Sequence record: MW630116.1
Direction: 5' to 3' (one strand)
Source: Escherichia phage vB_EcoM-ZQ3
DNA length: 64,000 bases
Shown here piece by piece: positions 60,877 to 64,000 of the stretch. The translations under genes were made by a program, and so were the position numbers. The stretch's first letter is position 1; the number at the start of each line of letters is the position of its first letter. The notes under the pieces were generated by a model. That model did no database searches, had not been told where the DNA came from, and saw nothing but the letters and a program-made list of their open reading frames with translations.

Positions 60877-61116
60877 ATGGCCCAAGAATTAGATTTTATC
60901 AAATTCAAAAAACACCTCGACGTTAAAATTGGGGATTCAATTGTTAGGATTGAGTATGACATTTTAACAGATGCTATTACTGTTAGTTGTGATGGAAATA
61001 GTTTCAGCTTCGATACAACCGAAAATAAATACCCAATCTATAAAGGCATCTTTGATATAGGTGTTGATATTACTCCACGTGATACAAATTACTTACTTTT
61101 CATGCTTAAAAAATAG
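60877..61116 (+). CDS. Hypothetical protein
   Basis: 79 aa; promoter inside a 13-bp-arm inverted repeat upstream. Confidence 0.45.
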   Translation: MAQELDFIKFKKHLDVKIGDSIVRIEYDILTDAITVSCDGNSFSFDTTENKYPIYKGIFDIGVDITPRDTNYLLFMLKK

Positions 61117-61182
61117 TATATAAACTCTTGAGAGCAGAGTATAATTCTCTCATTGGATAATAAAATAACCGAGGAAAATAAT

Positions 61183-61515
61183 ATGTCTACTAAAATCAAA
61201 AACGTAGTTAATTCTTTCGCTTTCGATAAAGTTGTTGCTCTTCTGGAATCCGGCAATATTGTTACTCCTCAAGTCCTTGACGCGTGGGAATTCCGTCTTT
61301 ATGAAATTATGCAAAAACACGACCAGAAAATTGGACGTAATTCTATTCGCGAAATTCTAGTACAATATATTCTTTCTGAATTTGACGTTGCTGCATTTGG
61401 TGTTGAATCTAAAGCTTATCAGAAACATGAAATCTCTGAAAAAACTATCCGTCGTATGAAAAATCAACGTAAGAAAAAATTCGCTGACTTGAAAATTGTT
61501 AAGGCGGTAAAATGA
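61183..61515 (+). CDS. Hypothetical protein
   Basis: 110 aa; GAGGAAAA RBS; repeated promoter cassette upstream. Confidence 0.5.
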   Translation: MSTKIKNVVNSFAFDKVVALLESGNIVTPQVLDAWEFRLYEIMQKHDQKIGRNSIREILVQYILSEFDVAAFGVESKAYQKHEISEKTIRRMKNQRKKKFADLKIVKAVK

Positions 61516-61739
61516 GCGTATTAACAGAAACTTTGATTAATGACCTGCGTCTAGCTGGTTACGAAGTTGGTACAAATAGCCTAGGTCTTCCTCAGATTGA
61601 AGGTCCTGGATTTATTCTTGAATACGAATTCAAACAATGGTGGTTATATGCTACGGTTGACGATGCATTGAATATTGATTTCGTTGACCAATTTGATTCG
61701 TTGGATGATGCTCTTGAAGCAGCAAAGGAACTAGAATGA
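61512..61739 (+). CDS. Hypothetical acidic protein
   Basis: 75 aa. Confidence 0.45.
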   Translation: MSVLTETLINDLRLAGYEVGTNSLGLPQIEGPGFILEYEFKQWWLYATVDDALNIDFVDQFDSLDDALEAAKELE

Positions 61740-62005
61740 AATTAACTCGAATCAGTATAACTGAAGAAAAGCTGGGCGAATTTTATGTTGACGAATACAT
61801 GAAAGTCACGTATTTTCCATTCGTTAAAGGTGTTGGTTTTTGGGAAACTCATGTATCTCAATTAAACGAAGGCGACTATAACGAAACTCATGAGAACTTT
61901 TTAGATTTTCTTTATAATGCCGGTCTTACTGAGCTTTATATCGATATCCATGAGTTCAAACGTTTAATGGAAAAAGTGTTTCAGGCTTATTGTTTGCTCC
62001 GATAG
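61736..62005 (+). CDS. Hypothetical protein
   Basis: 89 aa. Confidence 0.45.
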   Translation: MKLTRISITEEKLGEFYVDEYMKVTYFPFVKGVGFWETHVSQLNEGDYNETHENFLDFLYNAGLTELYIDIHEFKRLMEKVFQAYCLLR

Positions 62006-62077
62006 TATCTCGTGCTTTAAGATAGGTCTCTAAATATTATGATATAATAGACCTATGAATTGAGCTAAGAGGTACTT

Positions 62078-62635
62078 ATGACTGAACAAAAACCTAAAAA
62101 TAACTATGTGAATAATAAAGAGCTTCTCGCCGCTATAATCGAGTGGAAAAAGGAGCTCTTAAATAATAAAGACCCAAACAAAATTATTCGTCAGAATGAT
62201 ACCATCGGTTTAGCAATTATGCTTATCGCCGAAGGCCTGTCCAAACGTTTCAACTTTTCAGGATATACCCAGTCTTGGAAGCAGGAGATGATTGCAGATG
62301 GGATTGAAGCCTCTATTAAGGGACTTCATAATTTCGACGAAACTAAGTACAATAACCCACATGCATACATAACTCGAGCTTGTTTTAATGCTTTTGTCCA
62401 ACGTATCAAAAAAGAGCGTAAGGAAGTTGCAAAGAAATATAGTTACTTCGTTCATAACGTCTACGACAGTCATGACGATGATATGGTAGCGTTGGTAGAT
62501 GAAACGTTTATTCAAGACATCTACGATAAAATGACGCATTATGAAGAATCCGCTTATAAAGCTCCTGGGGCTGAAAAGAAGGAAGTTGTTAGCGATTCGC
62601 CTAGTTTGGATTTTTTATATGAGGATGACAATTGA
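62078..62635 (+). CDS. 55: Late-transcription sigma factor gp55
   Basis: 185 aa; near-identical to T4 gp55 as recalled. Confidence 0.95.
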   Translation: MTEQKPKNNYVNNKELLAAIIEWKKELLNNKDPNKIIRQNDTIGLAIMLIAEGLSKRFNFSGYTQSWKQEMIADGIEASIKGLHNFDETKYNNPHAYITRACFNAFVQRIKKERKEVAKKYSYFVHNVYDSHDDDMVALVDETFIQDIYDKMTHYEESAYKAPGAEKKEVVSDSPSLDFLYEDDN

Positions 62636-62834
62636 CATCTCTAACTACTTAGAAGAACCTTTTGACGAAGCAATCCCTTATTTGGTAAAACTGTTGGGTC
62701 GTGAATTTAAAATTAATTTTGACATCGACCCTTTGAACCCATATGACGTGTCATTTTCGATAAATGGGACTCCGGTTGAGTATGAGTTCTGTATTGAAGA
62801 GGATGGACGTTTTTATTTTAATTTAATGAGATAA
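62622..62834 (+). CDS. Hypothetical protein
   Basis: 70 aa; overlaps the gene 55 stop. Confidence 0.4.
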   Translation, partial: RMTIDISNYLEEPFDEAIPYLVKLLGREFKINFDIDPLNPYDVSFSINGTPVEYEFCIEEDGRFYFNLMR

Positions 62835-62835
62835 T

Positions 62836-63159
62836 ATGACTACCGAGATTATTGAAAATAAAGAAGCAGAAGATGCAGTAGCTAAAATGCTACAAGAAAT
62901 CCAAAAGAAAAATGAAGCTGAAGCACGTAAAAAATCCGAAAAGATTCTTAAAAAGAATCGTTTTGAGCTAAACCGTCTTTATGCTCATGCTCAAGAAGCA
63001 GCAATTCAAAACAACTTCGAAGCTTACGAATATGCTATTAAGAAATCTCGGGATATTCTACGACAACCATATAATGACAAGTTAATTAAAATCCAGTGGG
63101 TTACTACTCGTCAGGCTATTGAGGACATCATTAATGGCGCTAGTTCAAACAAAGTTTAA
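62836..63159 (+). CDS. Hypothetical protein
   Basis: 107 aa. Confidence 0.5.
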   Translation: MTTEIIENKEAEDAVAKMLQEIQKKNEAEARKKSEKILKKNRFELNRLYAHAQEAAIQNNFEAYEYAIKKSRDILRQPYNDKLIKIQWVTTRQAIEDIINGASSNKV

Positions 63160-63340
63160 ACGTCTTAATCTGAACGCAGGATTCACCCTTAAATTGGGAG
63201 GTCCTCTTTGTGTTAAAATTTCCGAAAAGGAATATCACGACGGTTCTATTACAGAAATTTGTCCGCCTATTGTAAAGGCAGACCCAAAACAACTCGTGTG
63301 GGTCGATTCATTTCAAGTTAAGAAATGGTGGAAACGATGA
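63134..63340 (+). CDS. Hypothetical protein
   Basis: 68 aa from the internal ATG. Confidence 0.4.
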   Translation: MALVQTKFKRLNLNAGFTLKLGGPLCVKISEKEYHDGSITEICPPIVKADPKQLVWVDSFQVKKWWKR

Positions 63341-63378
63341 GAGAAATCGATTTAGGCATTTTCTGAGAGGTGCTTATG

Positions 63379-63552
63379 CATGACGAACATCCCGACTTCT
63401 GAAAATTTCGATAAAATCCGTAAAGGCAAAGCAGAAAGAATGAGACGTTTTAAAGAGTCTTATGATAAAGCTAAAGCCGAAGGAACTATTACATACAAGC
63501 CCATTCGATTTAAAAGTTCAAATGAGCCTCTGTACGGTGTACTATGTGGATA
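63379..63552 (+). CDS. Possible small basic protein (57 aa)
   Basis: MTNIPTSENFDKIRKGKAERMRRFKESYDK...; GAGAGGT RBS; terminator directly after. Confidence 0.35.
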
Positions 63553-63578
63553 GGAACTCTTCGGAGTTCCTTTTTTTG
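63553..63578 (+). terminator. Rho-independent terminator
   Basis: GGAACTC-TTCG-GAGTTCC then TTTTTTT. Confidence 0.6.
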
Positions 63579-63623
63579 CTTTATAAACGGATGATAGAAT
63601 GAATTAACTAATGAGGAAATAAT

Positions 63624-63989
63624 ATGAAAATTTTAAATTTAGGTGATTGGCATTTAGGTGTTAAAGCCGATGATGAGTGGGTTCAATCCATTCAGTTGGA
63701 TGGAATTAAGCAGGCGATAGAATATTCTAAGAAAAATGGAATTACTACATGGATTCAATACGGCGATATTTTTGATGTGCGAAAAGCAATCACGCATAAA
63801 ACTATGGAGTTCGCACGTGAAATAGTTCAAATGCTTGATGATGCTGGTATTACCCTACATACTGTTGTAGGAAACCATGATATGCACTTTAAAAATACTT
63901 TAACTCCAAACGCTTCTACTGAGCTTTTAGCTAAATATCCTAATGTTAAAGTATACGATAAGCCTACTACAGTAGATTTGGATGTTTGA
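63624..63989 (+). CDS. 47: Recombination endonuclease subunit gp47 (Mre11/SbcD-like), N-terminal 121 aa; in-frame stop at 63987 close to the window end
   Basis: MKILNLGDWHLGVKADDEW... phosphoesterase motifs; T4 gp47-like; ends far short of the expected length. Confidence 0.8.
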   Translation: MKILNLGDWHLGVKADDEWVQSIQLDGIKQAIEYSKKNGITTWIQYGDIFDVRKAITHKTMEFAREIVQMLDDAGITLHTVVGNHDMHFKNTLTPNASTELLAKYPNVKVYDKPTTVDLDV

Positions 63990-64000
63990 TTGATTTAATT

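Noticed and set aside
26091-62077. Repeated 25-45 bp elements that could be mistaken for a CRISPR array
   Set aside because: The repeats are not regularly spaced, each precedes an ORF and contains -35/-10-like boxes and an RBS; they are promoter cassettes.

Overview
This window reads as a T-even (T4-like, Tevenvirinae) phage segment. Identifications rest on reading the six-frame translations against T4 proteins recalled from memory; no database search was run. Coordinates 1-22224 are a minus-strand late structural block in T4 order: tail sheath 18 (partial), terminase 17/16, 15, 14, 13, wac, 12, 11, 10, 9, 8, 7, 6, 5.4, 5.1, a GIY-YIG endonuclease, 5 and 53, with TATAAATA late promoters and UUCG-tetraloop hairpins. 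From 22286 to the end everything is plus strand: 4, 2, 3, dNMP kinase (1), 57A, 57B (Acb1-like), internal-protein genes, three tRNAs (CAU, GUU, UCU) flanking a free-standing endonuclease, lysozyme e, denV, regB, tk, rI, nrdC, endonuclease VII (49), nrdD (no intron), nrdG, sigma factor 55 and the start of 47. Between these anchors lie several hyperplastic stretches of small, mostly unassignable ORFs. I cannot name a single confirmed new system. The best candidates are: (1) five genes carrying the T4 capsid-targeting N-terminal peptide, two more than T4's ipI/ipII/ipIII; (2) a tandem triplet of small paralogs with an invariant C-terminal G-W-[VI]-[SA]-S-S-x-x-C tail; (3) a nucleotidyltransferase-fold protein next to an AAA+ ATPase in the rI-nrdC interval; (4) a macro-domain protein; (5) two dozen promoter cassettes in which an early promoter sits inside an inverted repeat that includes the downstream Shine-Dalgarno. 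Also noted: a -1 frameshift splitting the nudE homolog, a GrcA-like gene with a host-like C-terminal module, tRNA-like remnants, and a possible truncation of gene 47 at the window edge.
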